DNA from: Candidatus Uhrbacteria bacterium
Lineage (GTDB): Bacteria > Patescibacteriota > Patescibacteriia > UBA9934
Direction: 5' to 3'
Length of the DNA stretch: 64,000 nt
NCBI GenBank assembly: GCA_018664485.1
Contig: JABJOE010000007.1
Span: 4,353-68,352 of the forward strand
The translations under genes and the position numbers were made by a program. A model generated the notes under the pieces. That model was given only the letters and a program-made list of their open reading frames with translations. It searched no databases and was not told the origin of the DNA. Shown piece after piece: positions 46,303 to 56,576 of this stretch. Every line of letters starts with the position of its first letter. Within the stretch, counting starts at the first letter, position 1.

Positions 46303-48669
46303 CTATCTAATAATTCCAGAAAACTGTCCTGTGAGGATAGCTTCAACGCGTCCCATAGCACCGTCAGCGTCCTGGGACTCAAGCGTCTTTGAGTCTGATC
46401 GTAAATGCATTGAAAGAGTTACGCTCTTCTTACCCTCATCAATCCCTTTACCGCGATACACCTCAACTAATTTAACACTTCGTATAAGTTCATCAGCACC
46501 CTCAACCGCTACAACAAGATCACCATACGCCAAACCGGCATCTACAATCACAGCAATATCACGATCGATTCCAGGGAATTCTGGGATAGGCTCATAACGG
46601 CGAGTCACTTCCATGCCATGTACCAAAGTTTGGAAATCAAGCATGGCACACATGACATCTTTATCTATTCCAAATGCTTGTGTGTATTTTGATGCTACCT
46701 GACCTATTCGTCCAACATCACGTCCGTCAACAAGAATCTTGGCGCTACGAGTTGAATGCCAGTGACCGTCATCGGCAACACGCTCAAAAGTAAACGTTAT
46801 ACCAGCCATATCAGCCAGACTCATAAGTCCACCTTTGATCTGCAAGAAAGCGTTCTCAACATCGTCAGCACCGTAGTGAGCCACTACAAGTTCGGTGCGC
46901 TCTTCTGGCAAATCGTCTTTCTGTGGAACGTATACTCGTTGCAATTCAAATACCATACCGACCGCACGTTCACCCTGATTGCGCTCAATGCTCCGCAACA
47001 ACGACGGCATAAGTGACGGTCGCATATGTGTTAGATCAGCAGTCAACGGATTGTGTATCTGAACAGCTGATGCTGGATCAAGATCGTAGGCAATAATATC
47101 TTGCGCACTAATCATCGAATAACCGTAAAGCTCTGTATACCCGAATCCAACCAAAAGTTTCTTTGTACGCATCTCCCAAACAAGAGCCGGATCCTCTGGA
47201 GTTGTTGGAGGTGGTGAATCTGGAAGTTCGGCCGGCATATTGTGATAGCCGTACAAACGCGCGATCTCCTCAGTTAGATCAACCTCTTCCTCAATATCAT
47301 GGTCTCTCCAAAATGGAACGATAACGCTATATGTACCATTAGTCTCATCAACTTTAAATCCAACACGCTCGAGTAAGTCGATCATTTTCTCGTTTGATAA
47401 ATCAACACCCATCAAATCTCGTGCCTTCTGCGGACGAAAAGGAAACACGAGTGGTTCATACGCGCTAGATCGTTCATCGATAATCTCACTTGCAACAGCA
47501 CCTCCAGCCAACTCAAGCGTAAGCTCAATAGCTCGCGCCAATGCAGCTTCGGGAGCTTCAGACGAAAGACCTTTTTCAAATAATAACTGAGAATCTGAAT
47601 ACAGATGATGCCGACGAGCAGTCTTTCGAACTGACAAACCGTCAAAGGTCGCTGACTCGAAAACTATTGTAGTGGTTCCATCCCACGTTCCGGTATCAGA
47701 CCCTCCCATCACACCTGCGACGGCGATAGGCTTATCCGAGTCCGCAATCACTAAATCTTCCGCGGCCAGCTCGTATGTCTCGTCATCCAACGCCTTGATC
47801 TTCTCTCCCTTTTTCGCGCGACGGACAACTATTTTTCCGTCTTTTAGTTTCTCATAATCAAAAGCGTGCATTGGCTGACCAAACTCATGAAGAACATAGT
47901 TTGTAATGTCTACAATATTATTGATTGGTCGATGACCCGATAGTAGCAACTTCGTTTGCAGCCACGCTGGCGACGGTGCAACCTTCACGCCATCAATCAC
48001 GACAGCCATATAACGTGAGCATCCTTCCGTATCTAGTACGTCTACTTTTATCTCTTTTCCGCTCCCCGCTTCCGGAAGTGTCGGTGGAGTGAATGTAAAC
48101 GGGATTCCCATAGCGGCTCCTGCTTCGCGAGCAAGCCCAACTATCCCCATTGAGTCAACACGGTTCGATGTAATCTCAACATCGAAAATTGTGTCGTCAA
48201 TTATATCAAGCGCCTCATCAAGAGGTGTTCCGTTCTTCATACCTTCCTCGAAAAACCGAATACTCATACCTTTATCACACAGACCCAGCTCCTGATCCAA
48301 GCACAACATACCTTCAGAAACCTCTCCTCGAATCTTCGACTTTTTAATCTCAAGTCCGCCTGGTAATACCATTGGGGCAACAGCAACCGGTATTTTATAC
48401 CCAACCTCCATCACAACCTTAGACCCAAAGACAAGTGCGATTGGATCATCCTTACCAATATCTACTTTTGCTAAATTGAGAGAATCTGCATTGGCATGCT
48501 TCTCAATTGAAAGAATTTCTCCAACAACAATTCCATCAAAAGCACCTTTCATGGATTTTGTGTAATCAACCGGAAACGACTTTGCAGTCACTTCTTTTGA
48601 AAAACGTTTAGGCTCAAAGTCCTCTCCAAGATATTCCTTTAACCATTTGTAACTTGCTTCAATATCCAT
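46303..48669 (-). CDS. pheT: phenylalanine--tRNA ligase beta subunit
   Basis: The N-terminal tRNA-binding domain, the B3/B4 and B5 domains and a C-terminal FDX-ACB-like region are present. The gene is adjacent to pheS. Confidence 0.9.
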   Translation of the reverse strand: MDIEASYKWLKEYLGEDFEPKRFSKEVTAKSFPVDYTKSMKGAFDGIVVGEILSIEKHANADSLNLAKVDIGKDDPIALVFGSKVVMEVGYKIPVAVAPMVLPGGLEIKKSKIRGEVSEGMLCLDQELGLCDKGMSIRFFEEGMKNGTPLDEALDIIDDTIFDVEITSNRVDSMGIVGLAREAGAAMGIPFTFTPPTLPEAGSGKEIKVDVLDTEGCSRYMAVVIDGVKVAPSPAWLQTKLLLSGHRPINNIVDITNYVLHEFGQPMHAFDYEKLKDGKIVVRRAKKGEKIKALDDETYELAAEDLVIADSDKPIAVAGVMGGSDTGTWDGTTTIVFESATFDGLSVRKTARRHHLYSDSQLLFEKGLSSEAPEAALARAIELTLELAGGAVASEIIDERSSAYEPLVFPFRPQKARDLMGVDLSNEKMIDLLERVGFKVDETNGTYSVIVPFWRDHDIEEEVDLTEEIARLYGYHNMPAELPDSPPPTTPEDPALVWEMRTKKLLVGFGYTELYGYSMISAQDIIAYDLDPASAVQIHNPLTADLTHMRPSLMPSLLRSIERNQGERAVGMVFELQRVYVPQKDDLPEERTELVVAHYGADDVENAFLQIKGGLMSLADMAGITFTFERVADDGHWHSTRSAKILVDGRDVGRIGQVASKYTQAFGIDKDVMCAMLDFQTLVHGMEVTRRYEPIPEFPGIDRDIAVIVDAGLAYGDLVVAVEGADELIRSVKLVEVYRGKGIDEGKKSVTLSMHLRSDSKTLESQDADGAMGRVEAILTGQFSGIIR

Positions 48670-48672
48670 AAT

Positions 48673-49740
48673 CTAAAATTGTTCGAGGAATCGTAAATCG
48701 TTTCGGTATAGCACTCGGATATCGTCAATGTTAATGTCTGATTTCATCACCATGGTTCGCTCAACACCCCAACCGAATGCGAATCCTGAGTAAACATCGG
48801 GGTCCAATCCACCAGCACGCAATACATTCGGGTGAACCATTCCAGCACCACCAAGCTCTACCCAACCCTCCTTACAAATCTTACATTTCATTCCTTCATT
48901 TTCGCCCGACCCCAGACAAACTCCACAAGTGATATCCAACTCCATCGACGGTTCAGTGAATCGGAAATGGAATGGACGTAACCGAACTTCTCGCTCTGGT
49001 CCGAAAAACTCTTTTACAAAATAATCAAAGACTCCCTTGAGATGCGTGATAGTAACACCCTTATCAATCATCAATCCCTCGAACTGATGAAACATTGGAG
49101 TGTGTGAAGCGTCTGACTGTCGTCGATATGTTTTATTGATGTTGATCATCCGGATTGGCAACTGTTTCTTTTCCATTTCACGTACCTGTCCGTTTGAAGT
49201 GTGCGGTGTCAAAACCACCTTCCCTTTTTTACCTTCCTGCACAGTGCCACCGTCACCAATAAAAAACGTCTCCCACTCATCACGAGCCGGATGCGTCTTT
49301 GGCATATTTAGAGATTCGAAAGCATAATAATCCCAATCAACTTCCGGATGACGAGTACTAACAAAACCAAGTCGTTTAAAAATTGTACTCACCTCATCTA
49401 TAGCTTGGGTAACTAAATGCAGATGCCCACCGGGTGGACGTACTCCAGGCTGTGTCACATCGATCCAATCTGTCTGCTGACGTGCAACATCCTCGGATGC
49501 ATTCATGGCACTACTAACTTCCGTAAATGCTAGCTCTAATGTTTTTTTAACATCATTACCAAGCTGTCCTACTTCGCGTCGAACATCTTCTGCCATTGAA
49601 GGCAACTGCTTCATCAACTGTGAGAGCTTTCCTTTTCGGCCGAGATATTCGACTCGAAGGTCTTCTAGTCCCAACGAATCAGACACATCTTCAAGCGCCT
49701 TGAGAAATTCATTCTTTATATTGTCTAAATCATTCTTCAT
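48673..49740 (-). CDS. pheS: phenylalanine--tRNA ligase alpha subunit
   Basis: The class II motifs FHFRFTEPSMELD and GFAFGWGVERTMVM are present. Confidence 0.9.
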   Translation of the reverse strand: MKNDLDNIKNEFLKALEDVSDSLGLEDLRVEYLGRKGKLSQLMKQLPSMAEDVRREVGQLGNDVKKTLELAFTEVSSAMNASEDVARQQTDWIDVTQPGVRPPGGHLHLVTQAIDEVSTIFKRLGFVSTRHPEVDWDYYAFESLNMPKTHPARDEWETFFIGDGGTVQEGKKGKVVLTPHTSNGQVREMEKKQLPIRMININKTYRRQSDASHTPMFHQFEGLMIDKGVTITHLKGVFDYFVKEFFGPEREVRLRPFHFRFTEPSMELDITCGVCLGSGENEGMKCKICKEGWVELGGAGMVHPNVLRAGGLDPDVYSGFAFGWGVERTMVMKSDINIDDIRVLYRNDLRFLEQF

Positions 49741-50819
49741 AAAAGATTGAGTATGTCTTGGAATGTAACAAAGAGAATAAGGCCAATTAGGATCAGGAAT
49801 CCAATATTATGTACCATAGCCTCTATCTTTTCGTCTACTGGCTTTCGGCGAATTCCCTCAATGATAACAAAGAGGATACGACCTCCGTCAAGCGCCGGGA
49901 ATGGAAGAATATTGATGATTGCAAGGTTGATAGAGAGTATCGCTGCAAACTGGAGCAGACTTATAATCCCCTGCGCCGCCACTTCTCCCGTAATCACCGC
50001 AATGCCGATCGGTCCAGCTAACTCTACATCGGGACTATCTTCTCCGATAAATCCCTGAATGATAGTACCGAACGCTACAAAAATTTCTTTCGTGTAATAA
50101 ACCGTTGTCTCAGCCCCCTTCAATGGTGCTACATACCAAGGGTATCGGAGAGTTCCAGTTTGGACTAAAGCGACCCCTACCCCCATCTGATCAATCTGCT
50201 CAAGATAGCTTGGAGCTACTTCAATTTGCTGCGAAACATCATCTCGTACGATCAGGAAGTTGATCATCTCGTTTGGATCCGCATCTTGCAGATACGCACG
50301 TGCAGTCTCGCCGTCATCGAAAGTTTCACCATTGATAGTTACAACACGATCTCCAGCTTCGAGCCCCGAGAGTGTCGCCGGTGAGTCCTCTAGTACCTGC
50401 GTGATGAGAAGTTCGGTGTCTGACACGATTGCTGCCCCTCCCAAATCTCCCTCAATTATTGTCGGCACACCTACCCCAAACGCTACGCTCAACAGTACGG
50501 CAGCCGCAACCATGTTCATAAATACTCCCGCAAACAATACTGCAAAGCGAGCCGGCAGAGACTTAGTTGCAAAACTATCTTTGTCACCCCGATGCTCTCC
50601 ACCCTCACCCTTTAATTTTACAAATCCACCGATTGGAATCCAGTTGAGCGACCATACCATTCCGTCCTTACCTTTCCAGGTATATGCCTGCGGCGGAAAT
50701 CCGAGCCCAAACTCTTCAACCTTAGCGCCGATGCGCTTTGCCATAAAATAATGCCCCCATTCATGCACGAGCACGAGTACTGACAAGATGAGTAGAAATA
50801 TAATAATTGTCCAAAACAT
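49737..50819 (-). CDS. rseP: RIP site-2 metalloprotease RseP (M50 family, PDZ-containing)
   Basis: HEWGHYFMAKRIG (an HExxH motif), a PDZ region (GLEAGDRVVTING) and a C-terminal LDGG motif are present. Confidence 0.85.
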   Translation of the reverse strand: MFWTIIIFLLILSVLVLVHEWGHYFMAKRIGAKVEEFGLGFPPQAYTWKGKDGMVWSLNWIPIGGFVKLKGEGGEHRGDKDSFATKSLPARFAVLFAGVFMNMVAAAVLLSVAFGVGVPTIIEGDLGGAAIVSDTELLITQVLEDSPATLSGLEAGDRVVTINGETFDDGETARAYLQDADPNEMINFLIVRDDVSQQIEVAPSYLEQIDQMGVGVALVQTGTLRYPWYVAPLKGAETTVYYTKEIFVAFGTIIQGFIGEDSPDVELAGPIGIAVITGEVAAQGIISLLQFAAILSINLAIINILPFPALDGGRILFVIIEGIRRKPVDEKIEAMVHNIGFLILIGLILFVTFQDILNLL

Positions 50820-50863
50820 GAGGATATTCTAGCCCACTGATACAACTTAGTACAGCCGGATAT

Positions 50864-51601
50864 TTAAATAGTGGCCTTTTGAAATGTCACCGGAGAGCCG
50901 AAAAAATCAGCAGCTCTACGCGACACCTCTATCGGATCATCTGTTGTGAAAAACTGAAGCGCACTATCACCATCAGTCTGCGCTGGCCGGTTGTGATCTT
51001 TGAGCCAATTTGCAACCATATCTCCCTGATCCACAACGGTAACGTCGCTAGGCAAAATTTCAGCTAACAAATCGTGGAAGTATGGATAATGAGTACATGC
51101 CAAAACGACAGTGTTCAGCTCTCGACCTTCGATAAGGGTATTTACATCACGAGTAACTACCTCTTTTGCACCTTCAGACTTCGGATTACCCTTCTCTATA
51201 AACAACGTCCATGCTGGGCAGGAATGCTGATATGCAACAACATCACTATACACACCTGAGGTAACTGTAGCTGTAGTTGCCAACAACCCAATGTCTTCTT
51301 TATCGCGAGTACTGAGCCAATCGCGAGTTGGTTCGATTATCCCAATAACGCGATCGTCATCTAAATAATCTAGTGCAACTGCCGACGCTGTATTACAGGC
51401 AAGCAGAACCTGATCACAACCTTGCGCAAACAACCAGTCAACACACTCCTTAGTATACTGCTCAATCTCATTAACAGGCCTGTCGCCATAAGGTGACCGT
51501 GCATGATCGCCCAAATACATCATAGAGACATGTGGAAATGCCTTGCTTAATGTTTGGGCTACAGTAAGTCCGCCTGAGCCTGAATCAAATACACCCAACA
51601 T
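50864..51601 (-). CDS. murI: glutamate racemase
   Basis: VFDSGSGGLTVA, CNTASA and CTHYP are the catalytic Cys motifs. Confidence 0.85.
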   Translation of the reverse strand: MLGVFDSGSGGLTVAQTLSKAFPHVSMMYLGDHARSPYGDRPVNEIEQYTKECVDWLFAQGCDQVLLACNTASAVALDYLDDDRVIGIIEPTRDWLSTRDKEDIGLLATTATVTSGVYSDVVAYQHSCPAWTLFIEKGNPKSEGAKEVVTRDVNTLIEGRELNTVVLACTHYPYFHDLLAEILPSDVTVVDQGDMVANWLKDHNRPAQTDGDSALQFFTTDDPIEVSRRAADFFGSPVTFQKATI

Positions 51602-51602
51602 G

Positions 51603-52382
51603 CTACATCTTTGCTAACGCACCTCTTAAAATCGCTTTCACTTCTTCAGGTCCCTCGACTTGAATCGACTCAATTCCAGTTCGCTTCACGGGTTCATCAT
51701 TACCACCCGGATACAATGCGTCACCAATGAACACCATGTCACTAATTTGGAAACCAAGATGTTCCTTCATCTTCTCAACTCCATATCCTTTATCGATTCC
51801 CAAATTTGTAACGTCGATAGATGTTTTTCCTGGAACCTTGATGGCAAATTCTGGAAGTAATGGCTTCATAACCTCTACGATCTCCACACGCATATCCAAA
51901 TCAGAACCCCTCCAAGCAAGCTTCTCTTCAATCGGAGCCTTCTGACCAAGTGCTGAGAAAGTAACCTGAGTTCCACGGTCTTCAATCAACTCACCGTAAA
52001 TCTTTTCTGGTTGAACATAGCCAACCTCCTTAAATGCAGTCTCAAATGCATCCATGATCTTTTTGACAGACTCGGGACCGATACCGTCAGCATAAACTTC
52101 ATTCCACTTCCCTTCCTCATAACGAATAAATACTGCACCAGATGTTGGGAACAAATGTAATTTTGAAAAAAGTTCATCGGACGATCCGAGCTTTCCAAGT
52201 AAAAATCGATCATACTCCTTAAAAGCACTCCCGCTAATGATTGCAACGTCTCTCTTTTCTAAAAGTTCTTTGATAATCCCAACCATCTCATCATCAACTT
52301 CAACCTTAGATCTATTTAGCGTCCCGTCAAAATCAAAAACAAAAAGTTTCTTTCCTGAAATATCTGACTTTAAAACATCCAT
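51603..52382 (-). CDS. HAD-superfamily hydrolase (Cof/IIB-type)
   Basis: HAD motif I FVFDFDGTL is present, together with the C-terminal GDALYPGGNDEP motif. Confidence 0.6.
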   Translation of the reverse strand: MDVLKSDISGKKLFVFDFDGTLNRSKVEVDDEMVGIIKELLEKRDVAIISGSAFKEYDRFLLGKLGSSDELFSKLHLFPTSGAVFIRYEEGKWNEVYADGIGPESVKKIMDAFETAFKEVGYVQPEKIYGELIEDRGTQVTFSALGQKAPIEEKLAWRGSDLDMRVEIVEVMKPLLPEFAIKVPGKTSIDVTNLGIDKGYGVEKMKEHLGFQISDMVFIGDALYPGGNDEPVKRTGIESIQVEGPEEVKAILRGALAKM

Positions 52383-52480
52383 ATTGACACTATAATTAAA
52401 TAAACGTAGCCTTATACTATACTTTATAGCTATTAAAGGTTAGGACTATAGTAGGTCAAAACCGTCATTTACTACAAATT

Positions 52481-53032
52481 ATGATCGCAATCTACATTAT
52501 AATCGGTGCCGTTGTTCTAATAGCACTGTGGTTGATCGCTGTTTTCAACGGTCTAATCAAGCTCCGAAACCGCGTTGACGAAGCCTGGTCTGATATCGAA
52601 GTACAGCTAAAACGACGATACGACCTCATTCCAAACCTGGTAAACGCAGTAAAAGGATACGCAAAGCACGAAAAAGGAGTATTTGAGAATGTTACTGAGG
52701 CTCGCTCAGGTGCAATGCAGGCAAAAACGCCAGCACAGCACGCAAAGGCAGAGAATTTTCTTACCGAAACACTCAAGTCTCTATTTGCAGTTTCTGAAAA
52801 CTATCCAGATTTGAAAGCTTCAGACAACTTCCTACACTTACAAAAGGAGTTGGTTGACGCAGAAGATAAGATTCAAGCAGCTCGACGCTTCTACAACGGA
52901 AACGTACGTGACTTCAACACAAAGAAGCAGGTATTCCCTTCAAACCTCGTCGCCGGTTCACTAGGCTTCAAGGACTATGAGTTCTTCGATGCTCCAGAAG
53001 AAGCGAAGGCTACACCAGAAGTTAAGTTCTAG
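52481..53032 (+). CDS. lemA: LemA family membrane protein
   Basis: An N-terminal TM helix and the LemA signature RNRVDEAWSDIEVQLKRRYDLIPNLV are present. The gene is paired with htpX. Confidence 0.8.
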   Translation: MIAIYIIIGAVVLIALWLIAVFNGLIKLRNRVDEAWSDIEVQLKRRYDLIPNLVNAVKGYAKHEKGVFENVTEARSGAMQAKTPAQHAKAENFLTETLKSLFAVSENYPDLKASDNFLHLQKELVDAEDKIQAARRFYNGNVRDFNTKKQVFPSNLVAGSLGFKDYEFFDAPEEAKATPEVKF

Positions 53033-53073
53033 TACAGGCATAGGACGTAATCATGACGAATTAGTACCTATCT

Positions 53074-53973
53074 ATGTATTCGCAGATCGATGCAAATAAA
53101 AGGAAAACCTGGGTCTTAGTGACCCTGTTTTCTGTTTTGATAATGCTGATCTTTGTAGGGGCAGGTGCCTCCGCAGGCGCTGAAGTTGTACCGTCTATAA
53201 TCTTCGGTTTCATATTCTCAGTCATCTACTCTCTAATTGCCTTTTACGTTTCTGGAAAAACTGTACTTCTGGCACACAGAGCAAAAGAGATCGACAAAGA
53301 AACATCTGCAGACCTATATCGCATGGTGGAGAACATGGCGATAACGGCAGGACTCCCAATGCCAAAAATATTTGTAATAGATGACCCTTCGCCAAATGCA
53401 TTTGCATCAGGACGAGACCCCGAGCACGCAGCTATCACATTTACTACTGGAATTCTAAGCATCCTTAACAAAGCCGAGCTCGAAGGCGTGATAGCTCACG
53501 AGTTCTCCCATATTAAAAACTATGACATTCGCGTGATGACGATAGTCGTAGTACTCGTCGGTCTAGTTATTTTATTGTCTGACATAATGCTGCATGTTGG
53601 GATGCATCGCGGAGGTCGAAAGAACGTTCCATGGCCTGCGATACTAATCGCAATCGCCCTTGCGATTCTCTCGCCGCTAATCGCACAGCTCATTAAGCTT
53701 GCAGTCTCACGCGCTCGTGAATATCTTGCAGATGCGTCAGGTGCGCTACTCACTCGCCATCCAGACGGACTAGCATCAGCACTGGAGAAAATGCGCGACA
53801 ATACAACACCTTTAAAGAGTGCCAACCACGCGACTGCCCACCTCTTCATCTCAAGTCCATTTGGAGAGATTGGAGAGAAGGGTAAAAAATCCAATAGCTG
53901 GTACCAAAAACTATTTGCCACTCACCCACCGATCGATGACAGAATCTCAAAATTAAGAGAGATGGGACGATAG
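53074..53973 (+). CDS. htpX: zinc metalloprotease HtpX (M48)
   Basis: HEFSHIKNYD (HExxH) and the downstream E of EYLADASGA are present. There are 4 TM helices. Confidence 0.85.
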   Translation: MYSQIDANKRKTWVLVTLFSVLIMLIFVGAGASAGAEVVPSIIFGFIFSVIYSLIAFYVSGKTVLLAHRAKEIDKETSADLYRMVENMAITAGLPMPKIFVIDDPSPNAFASGRDPEHAAITFTTGILSILNKAELEGVIAHEFSHIKNYDIRVMTIVVVLVGLVILLSDIMLHVGMHRGGRKNVPWPAILIAIALAILSPLIAQLIKLAVSRAREYLADASGALLTRHPDGLASALEKMRDNTTPLKSANHATAHLFISSPFGEIGEKGKKSNSWYQKLFATHPPIDDRISKLREMGR

Positions 53974-54014
53974 ACATAAACCATTTCGATGGACCTACAA
54001 CTCTTGGAGAAAAC

Positions 54015-54242
54015 ATGAGACCTATTCGTAGCTATCTAGTTCGCAGAGCCCGAACCGAACACCACTGCGACCGCTGCTGCCACCCGATACGCGTCGGTCA
54101 GTCATACGAAGCAGATGTATTTGGCGGCAGAACCATCATTGTCATGAAAATACATCTCGACGACCCACAGTGCGACCTACCGACAGAGCCCGCATACGAA
54201 GGCGCGCTCACCCGTCGCGAACCAGCTCGATTGGCTGCATAG
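54015..54242 (+). CDS. hypothetical small Cys-containing protein (HHCDRCCH...PQCD), GC-rich ORF immediately upstream of clpC-like gene
   Basis: It is 75 aa with 4 Cys and about 55% GC. Its coding status is uncertain. Confidence 0.25.
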   Translation: MRPIRSYLVRRARTEHHCDRCCHPIRVGQSYEADVFGGRTIIVMKIHLDDPQCDLPTEPAYEGALTRREPARLAA

Positions 54243-54281
54243 TCAAGAGGGGTCTGCGCATGTTTTCTCCCTCCATCAAAG

Positions 54282-56558
54282 TTGTTTATGGATATAGTTT
54301 CTAAATTTACTACTCATCTGAAGGACGTTCTCACACGCTCGCTTTGTTTTACTGTTGATAATAATGGAAATGACGTTCAGCCTGAGCACTTTTTGTGGGC
54401 CCTATACAAGCAACAGGGTTCAGTCGCGTCACACATACTTGAAAAAGCAGGCGTAACGGAAGCTGCTATTGAGCAACTCGCCCTATCCGCAAGTAAAAGT
54501 AATCCGTCGATATCATCAAAAGTCCCCCCACTGAGCTCGCAAGCACGAAAAACAATCGAGAAAGCGGTTTTAACAGCAAATATTTACGACCACAGACATG
54601 TAGGTACAGAACATCTTCTCACAAGCCTTCTTCAACTCACCCATTCTCCTTTGCAAGATTTTTTTACAGATCAGTCCATAGAAACGGACTCGCTACTTCG
54701 ACATGTGTCGATGCTTCTCAAAACAACTACCCTCTTCCCTGAGCTCGACCGACTAGTGCCACCGACAAGCCTTCTTCCACAACCAGACAAACTTCATGGC
54801 GAATTTCCAGGTGAAAACCTAGAAGAAGAGGAAGAGGCATCTGCACTAGAGGATTTTGCCCACGAACTTACAACACCAGAAGCTCTTAAGCGTGTCACAC
54901 CAGTTATTGGACGTGAGCACGAGATTGAGCGCATGACGCATATTCTTTCACGACGAACAAAGAGTAATCCGATTCTTATCGGTGAGCCTGGTGTTGGTAA
55001 AACGGCAATCGTCGAGGGCCTCGCCCGCAAAATTGTAGAGAAAAAAATTGACGGGGCATTAGCTGGAAAACGTATTTTCCAAGTTGATCTTGCAAGTCTT
55101 ATCGCCGGCACAATGTATCGCGGTGAATTCGAGGCAAGACTACGTTCTTTGATTGACGAAGTCTCACAAACTAATGACATCATTTTATTTATCGATGAAG
55201 TCCACACGATCATGGGAGCCGGGTCTGCCTCCGGATCACTCGATGCTGCAAATATTCTAAAGCTGGCACTCGCCCGCGGGACAATCCGATGTATTGGCGC
55301 AACTACTCCAGCTGAATATAAAAAATTCATTGAGTCTGATGGAGCTGTGGAACGCCGATTTCAGAAGGTCCTGGTTGACGAGCCCACGATTGATCAAACT
55401 CGCATCATTCTTGAAGGCATCCAGCCAACATACGAGCAGTTTCATAATGTTCGCTTCAATACTGAGGCGGTTGAGGCTATTCTCACTCTCGCACAACGCT
55501 ACCTGACCACAGAACACTTCCCCGACAAGGCGATTGATCTCATGGACGAAACTGGAGCTTCGATGGGTGCTCGTGGAAAAGGAGACACACCCATCACAGC
55601 CACGGAAGATAATGTTCGAGAAACAGTAATGCGCATTCGAGGCATCACGCCCGAAGACTTGGCAGCACAAGAAAAACAAAAAGTCGACGACCTACGCCGC
55701 AAACTCAGCTTGAAAATTATCGGACAAGATCGCGTAATAGATGAAGTGGCGCGCGTTATTACTCGCCCACGATGGCGTGAGAGTGTTCGGCCTAGAGCAT
55801 CGTTCTTATTTGCCGGCCCTTCTGGTGTTGGTAAAACGGAACTCGCTAAAATAATGGCGAAAACCATTCTTCCCCACAAGGATAGTCTGCTTCGTTTAGA
55901 TATGTCCGAATACAGAGAGGCGTATAGCGCGAGTAAGCTCCTTGGATCCCCCGCCGGATACGTTGGGTACCGTGACACAAATGTTCTAACAGATCATCTC
56001 AAGCATCATCCAGCATCGCTGATTTTATTCGATGAGATGGAAAAAGCTCACCCAGATATCCAACATCTTCTTCTGCAAATTCTAGAAGAAGGAGAGATCC
56101 GAGATGCTACCGGAAAGATGATCTCATTTACACAATCAATAATCGTGATCACGACAAATGTCGGACAGGAACGCTTTGAGCGCGGCACACTTGGATTTAG
56201 CAGCGACGACACCTGGAGCAAGCAAGATGTTAGAGCCGACTTGGACAATATTTTCAAAATAGAATTACTAAACCGGCTTGATCGGGTCTGCCTATTCTCA
56301 CCTTTGAGCACAAAGCATTCAACAGCAATAATTAAGCAACAGCTAGCGCCGATCCTCGAGCACTTAAAAGAGACCGGACTCGCAATTGACATCGATACTT
56401 CCGTTTACAAATACATACGAGATCGCGTTTCAAAAAAAGAAGGCGCACGCGGATTATTGCGCGTAATTGAACAAGAAATCGAACCTGTACTTCTAAAAAA
56501 AGAATCAGGAACGCTTAAGGCTGGTAAATCCGGTCTACGACTACAATCAGAGCGCTAA
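54282..56558 (+). CDS. clpC: ATP-dependent Clp protease ATP-binding subunit (ClpC/ClpA-family, two AAA+ modules)
   Basis: Clp_N repeats are present at the N-terminus. Walker A motifs GEPGVGKTAIVEGLA (D1) and GPSGVGKTELAK (D2) and the sensor motifs are present. Confidence 0.85.
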   Translation: MFMDIVSKFTTHLKDVLTRSLCFTVDNNGNDVQPEHFLWALYKQQGSVASHILEKAGVTEAAIEQLALSASKSNPSISSKVPPLSSQARKTIEKAVLTANIYDHRHVGTEHLLTSLLQLTHSPLQDFFTDQSIETDSLLRHVSMLLKTTTLFPELDRLVPPTSLLPQPDKLHGEFPGENLEEEEEASALEDFAHELTTPEALKRVTPVIGREHEIERMTHILSRRTKSNPILIGEPGVGKTAIVEGLARKIVEKKIDGALAGKRIFQVDLASLIAGTMYRGEFEARLRSLIDEVSQTNDIILFIDEVHTIMGAGSASGSLDAANILKLALARGTIRCIGATTPAEYKKFIESDGAVERRFQKVLVDEPTIDQTRIILEGIQPTYEQFHNVRFNTEAVEAILTLAQRYLTTEHFPDKAIDLMDETGASMGARGKGDTPITATEDNVRETVMRIRGITPEDLAAQEKQKVDDLRRKLSLKIIGQDRVIDEVARVITRPRWRESVRPRASFLFAGPSGVGKTELAKIMAKTILPHKDSLLRLDMSEYREAYSASKLLGSPAGYVGYRDTNVLTDHLKHHPASLILFDEMEKAHPDIQHLLLQILEEGEIRDATGKMISFTQSIIVITTNVGQERFERGTLGFSSDDTWSKQDVRADLDNIFKIELLNRLDRVCLFSPLSTKHSTAIIKQQLAPILEHLKETGLAIDIDTSVYKYIRDRVSKKEGARGLLRVIEQEIEPVLLKKESGTLKAGKSGLRLQSER

Positions 56559-56576
56559 AACCTGTATACTGTAGTC

